From: an uncultured Christensenella sp.
Lineage (GTDB): Bacteria; Bacillota; Clostridia; Christensenellales; Christensenellaceae
Direction: 5' to 3'
Length of the DNA: 54,121 bases
NCBI GenBank assembly: GCA_964463305.1
Contig: CAYXBW010000001.1
Coordinates: forward strand, 1 to 54,121
The notes beneath the pieces are model-generated. The model saw only the letters and a program-made list of their open reading frames with translations, was not told where the DNA came from and searched no databases. Below, piece after piece: positions 18,179-28,957 of the stretch. The translations under genes and the position numbers were made by a program. Within the stretch, counting starts at the first letter, position 1. Each line of letters begins with the position of its first letter.

Positions 18179-19297
18179 TTATAAAAATATGCCCGCCAGC
18201 TTGTTTTGCAGCGCAAACCCCCTGGCCGTGGGAACAAGCCTTCCGTCCGCCACCTCCGCCAGAGCCAAGCTTTTCGCTTTTTCTATTCCCTGCGCATATT
18301 GCTTTTCAAAATCCACTCCAAACTCTCGCTTGAACGCGGCAAAATCAAGCCCGGAGCGCAAACGCAGCTTCAGCATTATATACTCAAAAAGATGCTCTTT
18401 TTTATCTATAAATTTTGTGCTTTCATAGCGCACGCCTGTTTTCAGCCGTTCAATGTATTTTTCTATATCCCTTGTATTGGCAAAGCGCATACCATTAACA
18501 AATGAATGCGCAGCCGCGCCCAGCCCCAAATAGTTTTGGAGATTCCAGTATTTTAAGTTGTGCCGGCACACCCTGCCGTCCCGCGCAAAGTTTGATATCT
18601 CGTAGTTAAGATACCCGCGCTCAGATAAAAGGCTTTGAGCTTTCTCATACATCTCCGCATCGGTATCTTCGTCAATACGCGCTATCTCTCCCGCCTCGTA
18701 CATATCGCCCAGCGGCGTGCCCGGCTCTATGGAAAGCGCGTAGGCTGATATGTGCTCCGGCTTTTTGTATAGCAAGTGATAGAGCGTGGCCTCCCAGTCA
18801 TCCATTGTCTGACCGCTCAGCGCATACATAACGTCCGCGTTTATATTTTGGAAGCCCGCCTCCCGCGCCATATCAAAGGCTTCGTCAAACTGCTCCTGTG
18901 TGTGCAGCCTGCCAAGCAGCTCCAGCAAATGCGGCTGAACCGCCTGCAAACCCATGCTTATACGGTTTATGCCGCTTTCGCGATATTCGGTCAGCTTGCT
19001 TCGCGTCACCACACAAGGGTTTGTTTCTATAGTTATCTCCGCATCCTCGGCCAGCGGAAAGTTTTTTCGCAGGCAATCCATTATATCGGCTATGCAGCCT
19101 TCATCCAGCCTGCCAGGCGTTCCCCCGCCTATAAACACGCTGTCCGCGCCGTCCGGATACAGTTTTGCCGAAAGCTCTATCTCCCTTTTCAAGGCAGACA
19201 AATACCCCGGAATGAGGCTTTCCGCCTCCACCGAGGTAAAATCGCAGTAATTGCATTTTTTCACGCAAAACGGTATGTGTATGTATATGCCCAGCAT
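18179..19297 (-). CDS. hemW: Radical SAM heme chaperone HemW (HemN-like, oxygen-independent coproporphyrinogen oxidase family)
   Basis: IHIPFCVKKCNYCDF CxxxCxxC motif and the conserved position after lepA. The start is moved to M11 (19297), which removes the overlap with lepA. Confidence 0.85.
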   Translation of the reverse strand: MLGIYIHIPFCVKKCNYCDFTSVEAESLIPGYLSALKREIELSAKLYPDGADSVFIGGGTPGRLDEGCIADIMDCLRKNFPLAEDAEITIETNPCVVTRSKLTEYRESGINRISMGLQAVQPHLLELLGRLHTQEQFDEAFDMAREAGFQNINADVMYALSGQTMDDWEATLYHLLYKKPEHISAYALSIEPGTPLGDMYEAGEIARIDEDTDAEMYEKAQSLLSERGYLNYEISNFARDGRVCRHNLKYWNLQNYLGLGAAAHSFVNGMRFANTRDIEKYIERLKTGVRYESTKFIDKKEHLFEYIMLKLRLRSGLDFAAFKREFGVDFEKQYAQGIEKAKSLALAEVADGRLVPTARGFALQNKLAGIFL

Positions 19298-19307
19298 AGG
19301 CGAAACC

Positions 19308-21158
19308 TCAGTTGGTCTTGAGCACACTCATGAAAGCTTCGGACGGCACTTCCACGCTGCCCACCTGCCTCATGCGCTTCTTGCCCTCCTTCTGCTTTTC
19401 CAGCAGCTTTTTCTTACGCGAGATATCGCCGCCGTAGCATTTTGCCAGCACGTCCTTGCGCATGGCCTTCACAGTCTCTCGCGCTATTATTTTTCCGCCT
19501 ATTGCCGCCTGTATGGGTATCTCAAACATCTGGCGCGGTATCACTTCCTTGAGCTTTTCCGCTATCGCCCTGCCGCGCGGATACGCCCTGTCACGGTGCA
19601 CAATAAGCGAAAGCGCGTCACAGATATCTCCGTTCAGCAGCAAGTCCAGCTTCACAAGATCGCTCTTTTCATAGCCCTTCACTTCGTAGTCCATAGAGGC
19701 ATAGCCCCGCGTCTTGGATTTCAGCTGATCGAAAAAGTCGTATATTATTTCGTTGAGCGGCACGTCATAGTGCAGCAGCACACGCGTTTTTTCTATGTAC
19801 TCCATATTTTTGAAGGTTCCCCGCTTGTCCTGACACAGCTCCATTACGGCGCCCACGTATTCGTCCGGCGTCATAACGCTCACCTCCGCCACAGGCTCCT
19901 CCATATAGTCTATGGTGGAGGGGTCTGGCAGGTTGGTCGGGTTTTCTATCTCCATTTCCTCGCCGCTCATAAGGTGCACCTTGTAGGCCACGCTGGGCGC
20001 TGTGGTAACGAGGTCTAGGTCAAACTCACGTTCCAGCCGTTCCTGTATTATCTCCATGTGCAGCAGCCCCAAAAATCCGCAGCGGAAGCCAAAGCCCAAT
20101 GCCACCGAGACCTCTGGGTCGAATATTAGCGAAGCGTCGTTTAGCTGCAGCTTATCCAGCGCGTCGCGCAGGTCGTCATACTTTGCGCCGTCCGCCGGAT
20201 ATATTCCGCAGTACACCATGGGCGTTATCTTCTTGTATCCTGGCAGCGCCTGCGCCGTGGGGTTTTCCGCACCCGTGATCGTGTCGCCCACGCGGGTGTC
20301 TGCCACGTTCTTTATGCTGGCGGTTATGTAGCCCACATCGCCCGCCTTCAGCTCCTTGGCGGGCAGCAGCTCAGGCGCGAAAACGCCCACCTCCACCGCG
20401 TCAAAGGCTTTGCCGGACGACATGAACTTTATCTCCATGCCCGCCTTCACAGTGCCCTCAAATACGCGCACATAGCTTATGGCGCCCTTATAGTTATCGT
20501 AAAAAGAATCAAACACCAGCGCCTTTAGCGGCGCGTCCGGATCGCCTGCGGGCGCGGGCAGCTTTTCCACTATGGCGTCCAGCACCTCGCTTATGCCTAT
20601 GCCCTGCTTTGCGCTTATAAGCGGCGCGTTTTGCGCCTCTATGCCTAAAACGTCCTCTATCTCCGTCTTTATTTCGTCCGGCCGCGCGGAGGGCAGATCT
20701 ATCTTATTTATTACCGGTATTATCTCAAGGTCGTTATCCATCGCCAGATAAACGTTTGCCAGCGTCTGCGCCTCTATGCCCTGGCTGGCGTCCACCACAA
20801 GTATAGCGCCCTCGCAGGCCGCCAGAGAGCGAGACACCTCGTATGTAAAGTCCACATGGCCGGGTGTGTCTATGAGGTTCAGCTCATAATCTTCCCCGTC
20901 CTTTTTATATATCATACGTACCGCCTGAGATTTTATGGTGATACCGCGCTCTCGCTCAAGATCCATAGTATCCAGCAGCTGATCCACTATATCCCGCTGC
21001 GAAACGGTGCCCGTGCTCTCTATCAATCTGTCGGCAAGCGTAGATTTACCGTGGTCTATGTGCGCAATTATGCAAAAGTTTCTTATATTTTCTCTGTAAT
21101 CCTTACCCAATTCAGTACCGTGACCTTTCCAGTGCTTATTCCAAATAAAGCCAACCAT
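19308..21158 (-). CDS. lepA: Elongation factor 4 (LepA)
   Basis: [29 protein letters not shown] and NKIDL G-motifs. The true start may be the in-frame TTG at 21110, giving [12 protein letters not shown]. Confidence 0.93.
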   Translation of the reverse strand: MVGFIWNKHWKGHGTELGKDYRENIRNFCIIAHIDHGKSTLADRLIESTGTVSQRDIVDQLLDTMDLERERGITIKSQAVRMIYKKDGEDYELNLIDTPGHVDFTYEVSRSLAACEGAILVVDASQGIEAQTLANVYLAMDNDLEIIPVINKIDLPSARPDEIKTEIEDVLGIEAQNAPLISAKQGIGISEVLDAIVEKLPAPAGDPDAPLKALVFDSFYDNYKGAISYVRVFEGTVKAGMEIKFMSSGKAFDAVEVGVFAPELLPAKELKAGDVGYITASIKNVADTRVGDTITGAENPTAQALPGYKKITPMVYCGIYPADGAKYDDLRDALDKLQLNDASLIFDPEVSVALGFGFRCGFLGLLHMEIIQERLEREFDLDLVTTAPSVAYKVHLMSGEEMEIENPTNLPDPSTIDYMEEPVAEVSVMTPDEYVGAVMELCQDKRGTFKNMEYIEKTRVLLHYDVPLNEIIYDFFDQLKSKTRGYASMDYEVKGYEKSDLVKLDLLLNGDICDALSLIVHRDRAYPRGRAIAEKLKEVIPRQMFEIPIQAAIGGKIIARETVKAMRKDVLAKCYGGDISRKKKLLEKQKEGKKRMRQVGSVEVPSEAFMSVLKTN

Positions 21159-21410
21159 TTGGCAAGCGACGCTTTTGTGCCCCTGCCGTCCGATAAAAAA
21201 ATAGCTTTATACCATTGTATATAATAAGCAAATAAACGCAAAAAAGCAACAAAATTCTAAACACGGCCCCCCCTGCCGGTTGCAGATATTGCATAGAATG
21301 TAAAAATACGAACTGCCATATGGCATTTTGCGCTCATATTGTTTATAATATACGTATTCACAATTCAAATCATTTCTCAATTATATATTTCGTATAAGGA
21401 GATCAATATT

Positions 21411-23129
21411 ATGGCTGATTACAAAGAAGTAAGCAAAAAATGGCAAGCCGCTTTGCAGGGTACGGAGTACGAAAGCGAAATAAACGCGATATGCGCTGAT
21501 GACGCGCTGTGCTCAGACAGCTTTTATCAAGACATGGAGTTTGGCACGGCGGGCATGCGCGGCATACTTGGCCTTGGCACAAACCGCATGAATGTATTCA
21601 CCGTGAGGCGCGCCACCCAGGCGCTGGCAGACCATATAAACAGCACGGGCGGCGGCAGCCGCGGTGTGGCCATAGCTTACGATACCCGCCGCAACAGCGA
21701 GCTTTTTGCCCGCGAGACCGCAAGCGTTCTCATGGCGAACGATGTTAAGGTATACCTCTACAAAACGCCTCACAGCGTACCTCAGCTCTCGTTCACAATA
21801 CTTGAGCTGGGCTGCATTGCGGGCGTGGTGATAACGGCCAGCCACAATCCGCCTGAGTATAACGGCTACAAAGTATACGGCGAAGACGGCGGGCAGCTTC
21901 CGGTACCGGATTCTGCTGAGATAACGCGCAACATAGAAAAAATAGAGAATATTTTCAGCATAAGAGGCGTGCCAGTGGCAGAGTCTCGCCTGCTGGAATA
22001 TATAGGCGAAGAACTGGACGAGATATATTATACCAAAGTGGAAGCGCTTGTTTTGAACCATGATGTGATACGTGAGCAGGCGGATAAATTCAACGTAGTA
22101 TACACCCCGCTGTTTGGAACAGGCCTCACGCCGGTCAGCCGCATCCTCAAAGATATTGGTATAAGCAAGCTGCATATTGTTGAGCAGCAGAAAGACCCCA
22201 ATCCCGACTTTCCCGGCATAAGCGCGCCCAACCCGGAAAACCGCGAATGCTTTGACATAGCGATGAAGCTGGCGAACGACGTTGACGCGAACATGATACT
22301 GGCCACCGATCCCGACAGCGACCGCCTGGGCCTAGCCGTTAGGGATGATGCGGGCGAGTTTATAATACTCACGGGCAACCAAATAGGCTGCCTTTTGATG
22401 GACTACCACCTCTCTCAGATGCAGCCACAGTTCAAAGGCGGAGAATTCGTTTGCAAATCTCTTGTAAGCACAGATATGTCAGACGTTATTGCAAAGTTTT
22501 ACGGCGTGGAATCGCGCAGCGTATATACCGGCTTTAAATTTATTGCAGAGCAGATAAAGCTGTCCGAGGCTTCCGGAAAGGGCGGTTTCCTCTTCGGTTA
22601 TGAGGAGAGCTATGGCTATCTCTTTGGTAAGTTTGTGCGCGATAAGGATGCCGTGCAGGCGGCAATGAAGGTAACGGAGGCGGCCTGCTATCACGCGGCG
22701 CAGGGCAAAACACTTTATCAGGCGCTCATAGCGCTGTACGAAAAATACGGCTGGTTTAATGAGCTGGTGGTGTCCAAAACGCTGTACGGGCAAGAGGGCA
22801 TAGCGAAAATAATGAATGCGGTGGAAATGCTGCGCGCGGACGTTCCCGCCGATATTGGCGGATTTGCCGTGAGGGCTGTACGCGATTACAAAAAACAAAC
22901 GCGCACGCTCTATCCCGAAAAAAAATCAAAGCCCATCCCCATGGATAGCATGAACGTACTTTATATAGAGCTTGATGGCGGCAGGCTGATAGTGCGCCCC
23001 TCCGGTACGGAGCCAAAGCTAAAGACCTATCTTTCCGTTTCGGCAGCAGATAAAAATACGGCCGACGCGCTTATGGAAAAATTGAAAAATGCGGCGGCAG
23101 AGCTTATAGACGGGCTGCTGGAGGGTTGA
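21411..23129 (+). CDS. Phosphoglucomutase/phosphomannomutase (alpha-D-phosphohexomutase family)
   Basis: Active-site TASHNPPEYNGYKVY and metal loop DPDSDRLG. The start is set at the ATG after AAGGAGA; the track ORF starts 72 nt upstream. Confidence 0.9.
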   Translation: MADYKEVSKKWQAALQGTEYESEINAICADDALCSDSFYQDMEFGTAGMRGILGLGTNRMNVFTVRRATQALADHINSTGGGSRGVAIAYDTRRNSELFARETASVLMANDVKVYLYKTPHSVPQLSFTILELGCIAGVVITASHNPPEYNGYKVYGEDGGQLPVPDSAEITRNIEKIENIFSIRGVPVAESRLLEYIGEELDEIYYTKVEALVLNHDVIREQADKFNVVYTPLFGTGLTPVSRILKDIGISKLHIVEQQKDPNPDFPGISAPNPENRECFDIAMKLANDVDANMILATDPDSDRLGLAVRDDAGEFIILTGNQIGCLLMDYHLSQMQPQFKGGEFVCKSLVSTDMSDVIAKFYGVESRSVYTGFKFIAEQIKLSEASGKGGFLFGYEESYGYLFGKFVRDKDAVQAAMKVTEAACYHAAQGKTLYQALIALYEKYGWFNELVVSKTLYGQEGIAKIMNAVEMLRADVPADIGGFAVRAVRDYKKQTRTLYPEKKSKPIPMDSMNVLYIELDGGRLIVRPSGTEPKLKTYLSVSAADKNTADALMEKLKNAAAELIDGLLEG

Positions 23130-23149
23130 CCTCTTAAAACGTATATAAT

Positions 23150-23182
23150 AAAACCGTTCCTGCTATGCGGAACGGTTTTTTA
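23150..23182. terminator. Bidirectional terminator
   Basis: AAAACCGTTCC-loop-GGAACGGTTTTTT. Confidence 0.75.
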
Positions 23183-23198
23183 TTATTCGGCAGATATT

Positions 23199-23654
23199 TC
23201 AAAACTTGTATTTTTTCAATTCGTTCAAATATTTTTTAAATTCAGTCTCGCGCTCTGCCAGCGAGCCAAAAAACAGCTCATCCACTTCCTCCACCACGGG
23301 AAGCGCCGCAATCATTCTACCCTGCCCTTCCTTTGTTAGGCTTATGGAATTTGCGCGCGTGTCCTGCGGGTGAGGCTTTCTTTCCACGTATCCCTTTTTT
23401 TCCAGCAGCGCAAGTATTTGAGATACAGACATAACGTCCATTCCCGCCATATTTGCCACCATTACCTGCGTCACATCGCTTTGCCCGCGCGAAATATACC
23501 CTATAGAGGTTATTACCACAAATTGCGGGTGCGTTATGCCTACGGGCTTTAGCCGCCGTTTTATTTCTCCGTGCCATTTGTTATACGTCCGCATAAAAAG
23601 AAGCCCTGTAGATTCTTCAGAATCGTTTTTATAAGTAGACGGAAACTCATTCAT
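23199..23654 (-). CDS. MarR family transcriptional regulator
   Basis: 151 aa. Winged-HTH pattern (ITHPQFVVITSIGY...SQILALLEKKGYVERKPHPQDTRANSISLT). Confidence 0.85.
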   Translation of the reverse strand: MNEFPSTYKNDSEESTGLLFMRTYNKWHGEIKRRLKPVGITHPQFVVITSIGYISRGQSDVTQVMVANMAGMDVMSVSQILALLEKKGYVERKPHPQDTRANSISLTKEGQGRMIAALPVVEEVDELFFGSLAERETEFKKYLNELKKYKF

Positions 23655-23656
23655 AG

Positions 23657-24073
23657 CTATTTTTCCACTTCTCTTTTCAATAGCGCCACGGCATCCGGCA
23701 CATCTGAAAACACCTGCTTCAAAAAGCCCCTCTGCTCCGCGCCGGCTTTTTCACACTCCAGCCTTACGGTGTGCTTTATATAAAGGCCATCGTTTTCTTC
23801 CAGTATCTCATGGTCAAAATACACGTCTCCCATAGGCGTAGCCGCCTTATCACAAAAAGACCTGTTCTGCTCCACCTTAACCAGCGTATAGTCTATAGGC
23901 GGCATACCCGCCAGCTTCATTACCCCCGTTGTTCCCTTTTCAAAAGCACCGTTTAAAGATATATCCTCCAAATCTTCCTCCCATGTATACCACTTTTGTA
24001 TATCCGCATAATAGCCCCATATATCCTCCTTGGTCGCATCCACTTCCATTTTATAAGAAAATTCCATTATCAT
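23657..24073 (-). CDS. SRPBCC (START/polyketide cyclase-like) family protein
   Basis: About 138 aa with ATKEDIWGYYADIQKWYTWEEDL, typical of the SRPBCC fold. The start is set at the ATG after AAAGGA, because the predicted -10 element lies over the longer ORF start. Confidence 0.7.
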   Translation of the reverse strand: MIMEFSYKMEVDATKEDIWGYYADIQKWYTWEEDLEDISLNGAFEKGTTGVMKLAGMPPIDYTLVKVEQNRSFCDKAATPMGDVYFDHEILEENDGLYIKHTVRLECEKAGAEQRGFLKQVFSDVPDAVALLKREVEK

Positions 24074-24115
24074 AAATATTTGTCCTTTCAGTATTTGAGT
24101 ATTTTGCACATCATT

Positions 24116-24144
24116 ATTATATGTATACTTATTATAAATGTCAA
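24116..24144 (-). promoter_or_regulatory. Consensus sigma-70 promoter for the SRPBCC-marR pair
   Basis: The minus strand reads TTGACA-17 nt-TATAAT, an exact consensus. Confidence 0.6.
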
Positions 24145-24159
24145 TACTATATATGTGTA

Positions 24160-24191
24160 AAAAAAACCGCTCCTGCTTAGGAACGGTTTTT
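24160..24191 (-). terminator. Probable terminator after ftsZ
   Basis: CCGTTCC-loop-GGAGCGG hairpin with TTTTTTTT on the minus strand. Confidence 0.55.
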
Positions 24192-24205
24192 GGTGTTTCA
24201 TTTAT

Positions 24206-25417
24206 TTAATACTCGTTTCTATTGCGCCTCGGCTTCTTCTTTAAGAATGAAGGAACTTCCAGATCCTCGTCACCAAACATATCCAGCTTTTCTGCCTCAC
24301 GTACGCTGCTTGCGTCCACAGTTTTTACTGCGGGCACAGGGTTGCTGCGCAGCGGCTCCAGCGGCTCCAGTCGGTCGTTCATGGGCACACCGTCTGTGAA
24401 CTCTATCTTTTCTTCCAGCTTCTTTGGCTTTTCTATTATGGCAACTTCGTCCTCTTCCGGCATAGCGTCAAATCCCGTGGCTATCACGGTTATGCGCACC
24501 TCGTCCTCCAGTGTGGGGTCTATGCAAACTCCAAAGAATACGTCCGCATCCGGGTCAGCGCCCTCCTGGATTATCTTGGCCGCTTCCTGTATTTCGTACA
24601 TTCCGAGAGAAGCGTCGCCCGTTACATTGAATATTATTCCGCGCGCGCCTTCTATTGTGGTATCCAGCAGCGGGCTGTTTATGGCCTGCTTGGCGGCCTC
24701 TATGGCCTTGTTGTCTCCATAGCCTATGCCAATGCCCATATGCGCCTCGCCGCGCAGCGTCATCACCTTTTTAACGTCCGCAAAGTCAAGGTTTATTAGC
24801 GCGGGCTTGCCTATGAGGTCTATTATGCCCTGTATTCCCTGACGCAGCACATCGTCCGCCACCTTGAAAGCGTCTACCAGCGGCGTATCCTTGCCCACCG
24901 TGGAGAGCAGCTTGTCGTTTGGTATGGTAACTATTGTATCCACTACGCTCTTAAGCGTTTCAAAGCCCTTATCCGCTGCCTTAGCGCGTGGATGGCCTTC
25001 AAACCAGAACGGTTTGGTTACAAACCCTATGGTGAGTATTCCCGTCTCTCTTGCAATCTCCGCGATCACAGGAGCCGCACCCGTACCCGTGCCGCCGCCC
25101 AAACCGCAGGAAACGAACACAAGATCCGCACCCTTTATTATGCCTTCAAGCTCATCATGGCTCTCCTCTGCCGCCCTGCGGCCTATTGCCGGATCCGCGC
25201 CGGAGCCAAGCCCCTTGGTGAGCTTTTCACCTATCTGTATTTTCTGATCCGCCTTGGACAAAAACAGCGCCTGCTTGTCCGTATTGACCGCAATTAGCTC
25301 CGCGCCCTTCACGCCGAACTCTATCATTCGGTTTACGGCGTTGTTGCCCGCGCCTCCCACGCCAAATACACGTATCTTCGCAAAATTTTCACTGTTGTTA
25401 TCAAATTCGAGAGACAT
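24206..25417 (-). CDS. ftsZ: Cell division protein FtsZ
   Basis: [13 protein letters not shown] tubulin signature and the C-terminal [10 protein letters not shown] peptide. The start is at the second ATG, 8 nt after AAGGAGG. Confidence 0.95.
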   Translation of the reverse strand: MSLEFDNNSENFAKIRVFGVGGAGNNAVNRMIEFGVKGAELIAVNTDKQALFLSKADQKIQIGEKLTKGLGSGADPAIGRRAAEESHDELEGIIKGADLVFVSCGLGGGTGTGAAPVIAEIARETGILTIGFVTKPFWFEGHPRAKAADKGFETLKSVVDTIVTIPNDKLLSTVGKDTPLVDAFKVADDVLRQGIQGIIDLIGKPALINLDFADVKKVMTLRGEAHMGIGIGYGDNKAIEAAKQAINSPLLDTTIEGARGIIFNVTGDASLGMYEIQEAAKIIQEGADPDADVFFGVCIDPTLEDEVRITVIATGFDAMPEEDEVAIIEKPKKLEEKIEFTDGVPMNDRLEPLEPLRSNPVPAVKTVDASSVREAEKLDMFGDEDLEVPSFLKKKPRRNRNEY

Positions 25418-25490
25418 ATATGTCATCCTCCTTAAGAATTAGGATCTGTTTATCTTATTCACCATGCTGCACCATGCGGCTATGGGGTTG

Positions 25491-26669
25491 TTACTTATAT
25501 TTACTTTCCTTCTTGCCAAACACGCTTTTCTTTTGCGCCTGCGGCCTTATTTCAAATACTCTGTCATACGCAAACTGCATCATTGCATATGCCGCCTGCA
25601 AGTCTGGCGTTTGCAGCTTTACGCTGTTTACCTTTATGGGTATTGGCGTTCTTCCTGATACGGAGCGGTAAAAACTGGAGTCTCCCCGCATAAAAGATAT
25701 ACCGCCGCCCGTAATGTATATATCAAACTTTTTGCCCAATGCCAGTTCCGCCTTGGCAAAAAGCCTTTGTATGTATAAAACAAGGTGCTCCACCCTTGCG
25801 TCTATTATCTGCTTTATAAGGTCATAAGGGTATTTTTTCAGCTTCCCCTCAGAATCCTTTGCGTACATATAAGATATATTGTTGTTTTCCTCCAAGCCGA
25901 AAGAGTATCTGCGCTTTAATTGCTCGGCAGTTTCCTGTTCCAGCTTCATCACGTAGCATATATCAGAGGTTATGCTTCCGCCGCCCATCTCCACCGTATG
26001 AAAATACAGTATTGCGTCACCGTATATGAGCGAAATATTTGTAGCGTAGTAACCAATATCTACCAGTACAGACATAGAATCGCGCTTTTCCTGAGGCACC
26101 AGATACAGCGCTTCTGCTAGCGGTTCGGGTATAAAATTATCCACCCTTATGCCAAGATGCCTGAAAAGCTCTATAACGTCATTCAAAAATAAACGGTTTG
26201 CCATTGTGAACGAAATGCAGCCCCGCAGCTTTTTAGTGGGCACACCCACCGGATCAAGATATACATTACCGTCATCCAAATAAAACCACGCCGGCCATTC
26301 ACAAACTATAGACATATCCTGCGGTATCTCAAACTTGCGCGCGCGCCCGGTCAATACCTCCACGTCACGCTCTGTCACTCTGCCCTTTATGGGAAGCTGC
26401 GCAGATTTACTGGTTATCTTAAGAAAAGAACCCGGTATGCCCACCTCTACTGAGCGTATTCTGGTTCCCACCTGTTTTTCAACAGTATCCAGCACCTGCT
26501 CAAGCGCATAATATACCTCATCGCTGTCCACCCAATTAGATTGTTTTATACCGGAATAAGCAATTTGTGACGAACCTAACACCTCAAGCCCCATGCGCGG
26601 CTTTTTTTCAGCCACCGTGCAGGATATCTTGGAAGTGCCAAATTCAATAATCGCTTTGCAGTCCCTCAT
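25491..26669 (-). CDS. ftsA: Divergent cell division protein FtsA
   Basis: Actin-fold motifs IEFGTSKI, VDIGYYATN and ITGGGISFMRG, and the position directly upstream of ftsZ. The start is uncertain: ATG 26669 versus TTG 26687. Confidence 0.8.
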   Translation of the reverse strand: MRDCKAIIEFGTSKISCTVAEKKPRMGLEVLGSSQIAYSGIKQSNWVDSDEVYYALEQVLDTVEKQVGTRIRSVEVGIPGSFLKITSKSAQLPIKGRVTERDVEVLTGRARKFEIPQDMSIVCEWPAWFYLDDGNVYLDPVGVPTKKLRGCISFTMANRLFLNDVIELFRHLGIRVDNFIPEPLAEALYLVPQEKRDSMSVLVDIGYYATNISLIYGDAILYFHTVEMGGGSITSDICYVMKLEQETAEQLKRRYSFGLEENNNISYMYAKDSEGKLKKYPYDLIKQIIDARVEHLVLYIQRLFAKAELALGKKFDIYITGGGISFMRGDSSFYRSVSGRTPIPIKVNSVKLQTPDLQAAYAMMQFAYDRVFEIRPQAQKKSVFGKKESKYK

Positions 26670-26861
26670 CAAATAATATAACCCCAAACTAAAATATAGT
26701 CACTATAGTATAATAGATTATTTGCATACTGCACTAATAATATCATATTACACTAGAAAAAAAAACACTTTTATCTATTTACATTCAAATTCTAACAAAT
26801 ATATTACATTTTAGTTGCAATTACACCTCTCGCCTTTACCGGGTAAAAACAAACCGCTTAC

Positions 26862-27779
26862 TTAACCCTCTTCACCACCTCCACCGGCCTGATCCTGCGT
26901 ACCGGATGAACCATTCTCTGCTGGCTGATCACCCTCTCCATCCGGCTGATCCCCGTTGGCAGGTTTATCCTCAACGTTCTGATCTCCCTCGGCAGGCTGG
27001 TCTGGCTCTGTTTGTACACCGTTGCTAGTCTGCGAGTCGGACTCGTCCATCTTGAAAATACCGCTGTTTCCTGTGGAAACGTCCAACATACCTGTTTTGC
27101 GTCCATCCTTGCTGAGCTGCGGAAGCATCTTGTCTATCCACTTCACCTTGTCCGCCACCTTGTCCGCCTGGCCAAACTTTATGTTGAGACCCGTATCGGT
27201 CGCCATACGTATATTATTCACATCGGATAAGTCTATGGTCACTATAGACTGCGCCGCTTTTTTGCTTTCAAGCGCAGACACTATTTCGCCCATCACCGTT
27301 ATTTTAAACGTATCCTCTGTGGTTATGGGCTTGCCAAGTGCCGCCCCGCCTATTGTAAAACCGCTTACTACGGGATATGCCTTGCCCTCCGGCAGCGTGC
27401 TGAATATTTCCAGTACATTCCCGTCCTTATCAGAAAGCAGGTATTGCCCGGCATGCTCTATGTAAACCTTGGGCTGCCGCTCCACCACTTTTATTACCAC
27501 AGTTTGAGGGAGCTGCTTTGTTACACTTACCACCTCAAGGTAGGGTTCCGCTTCTTCAATATTCGTTTTTACCTTTTCCTCATCCAGCGAAAGCATATGT
27601 GTATCCGGGTCTATATCCGCAAGCCCCGTAATGTACACCTCTGTAAACTTGCCAAAGCCCTCAACTTTTACATTCTCCACCTTGAAAAACACATAGCCAA
27701 AATACGCCACACCTGCAATTATCAAAACGGCTATCACTACACTGAAAACTATTTTCGGAGTTCTGCTTCTTCTCTTCAC
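26862..27779 (-). CDS. ftsQ: Cell division protein FtsQ/DivIB
   Basis: N-terminal TM helix, POTRA-like segment (VENVKVEG...) and dcw context. Acidic GDQP-repeat tail. Confidence 0.8.
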   Translation of the reverse strand: MKRRSRTPKIVFSVVIAVLIIAGVAYFGYVFFKVENVKVEGFGKFTEVYITGLADIDPDTHMLSLDEEKVKTNIEEAEPYLEVVSVTKQLPQTVVIKVVERQPKVYIEHAGQYLLSDKDGNVLEIFSTLPEGKAYPVVSGFTIGGAALGKPITTEDTFKITVMGEIVSALESKKAAQSIVTIDLSDVNNIRMATDTGLNIKFGQADKVADKVKWIDKMLPQLSKDGRKTGMLDVSTGNSGIFKMDESDSQTSNGVQTEPDQPAEGDQNVEDKPANGDQPDGEGDQPAENGSSGTQDQAGGGGEEG

Positions 27780-28957
27780 AAGCTCTGTACCTCCGTTTCT
27801 GCCGCCATTGTGGCTTTAGCAGCTTCCTGCCGCGATTGCCTAGATATATTCAGCAATATGCCTATCATGCTCATAAATATCATTAAAGACCAGTTTCCAT
27901 AACTTATAAAGGGCAGTGGAACACCCGTAGCCGGTATAGATGCAGTAACAACACCTATATTTATTATAACCTGCACGCCTATTAGCGTTATTATTCCCGT
28001 TGCCAGCAGCATGCCAAACATATCCGGCGCAGCCTTGGCAATTTTTATGCCTCTGTATACCAAAAATACAAATAATAATATCAATACAGCAGCGCCTATT
28101 AGCCCCAATTCCTCGGTTGTTATAGAGAATATAAAATCAGATTCGCCGAACGGGAGCCACAAAAATTTCTGTTTGCCATTGCCCAGCCCCTGCCCGAATA
28201 CACCGCCCGCGCCTATGCCGTAAAGCGACTGCACTATCTGCCAGCCATCCCCCGAAATATCTGAAAACGGGTCCAAAAACGTGGTTACCCTTGTAACACG
28301 GTAGCTCTCCACCAGCATTAGAGCAATGCCCGCTATTCCTCCCGCGCCGCCAAGAGCCGCCAAATGCCACCACTTTGCTCCGCCCACAAATATCATAACA
28401 AAAACCAATAAGCACAGCAGTATTACAGACGAGAAGTTTGGCTGCAAAAAAAGCAGCAGGCACATTACGCACAGCACCAAAAGGTTTGGCATCACACCGT
28501 ATCTAAATGTATCCATACGGTTCCTGTTTACATATATAGTTGCCGCAGTGAATATCACCAGAGAAAACTTTGCTATCTCGGCAGGCTGCAGGCTGGGCAT
28601 TCCGGGGAAAAACCTCAGCCACCTGGCCGAGCCGTTCATCTCCACCACACCCGCACCGGGTATGAAAACCAATATCAGCAGCACCAGCGATACCAGCAGC
28701 AGTATATATTTAAGCTTTATGAGCTTTTTATAGTCGAACAGCATAAAGAATATCATGCCGCCCAAGCCTATTGCCGCGCCCACCAGCTGCTTTTTAAAGA
28801 GCGCCAGCCCGTCATATTGATACATAGCTTGAGACTGCGCCATATAATAGCTCGCGCTGAAAATCATTATTAGCCCATAGGCTACCAGAACCAGCGTAAC
28901 TATAAGCAGCGAATAATCTATATTCCCTCTAAATGTGCGTATTTTTTGCTTCGCCAT
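27776..28957 (-). CDS. ftsW: SEDS-family peptidoglycan glycosyltransferase FtsW
   Basis: Polytopic membrane protein with ESDFIFSITTEELGLIGA and PATGVPLPFISYG motifs. dcw context. Confidence 0.85.
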   Translation of the reverse strand: MAKQKIRTFRGNIDYSLLIVTLVLVAYGLIMIFSASYYMAQSQAMYQYDGLALFKKQLVGAAIGLGGMIFFMLFDYKKLIKLKYILLLVSLVLLILVFIPGAGVVEMNGSARWLRFFPGMPSLQPAEIAKFSLVIFTAATIYVNRNRMDTFRYGVMPNLLVLCVMCLLLFLQPNFSSVILLCLLVFVMIFVGGAKWWHLAALGGAGGIAGIALMLVESYRVTRVTTFLDPFSDISGDGWQIVQSLYGIGAGGVFGQGLGNGKQKFLWLPFGESDFIFSITTEELGLIGAAVLILLFVFLVYRGIKIAKAAPDMFGMLLATGIITLIGVQVIINIGVVTASIPATGVPLPFISYGNWSLMIFMSMIGILLNISRQSRQEAAKATMAAETEVQSL

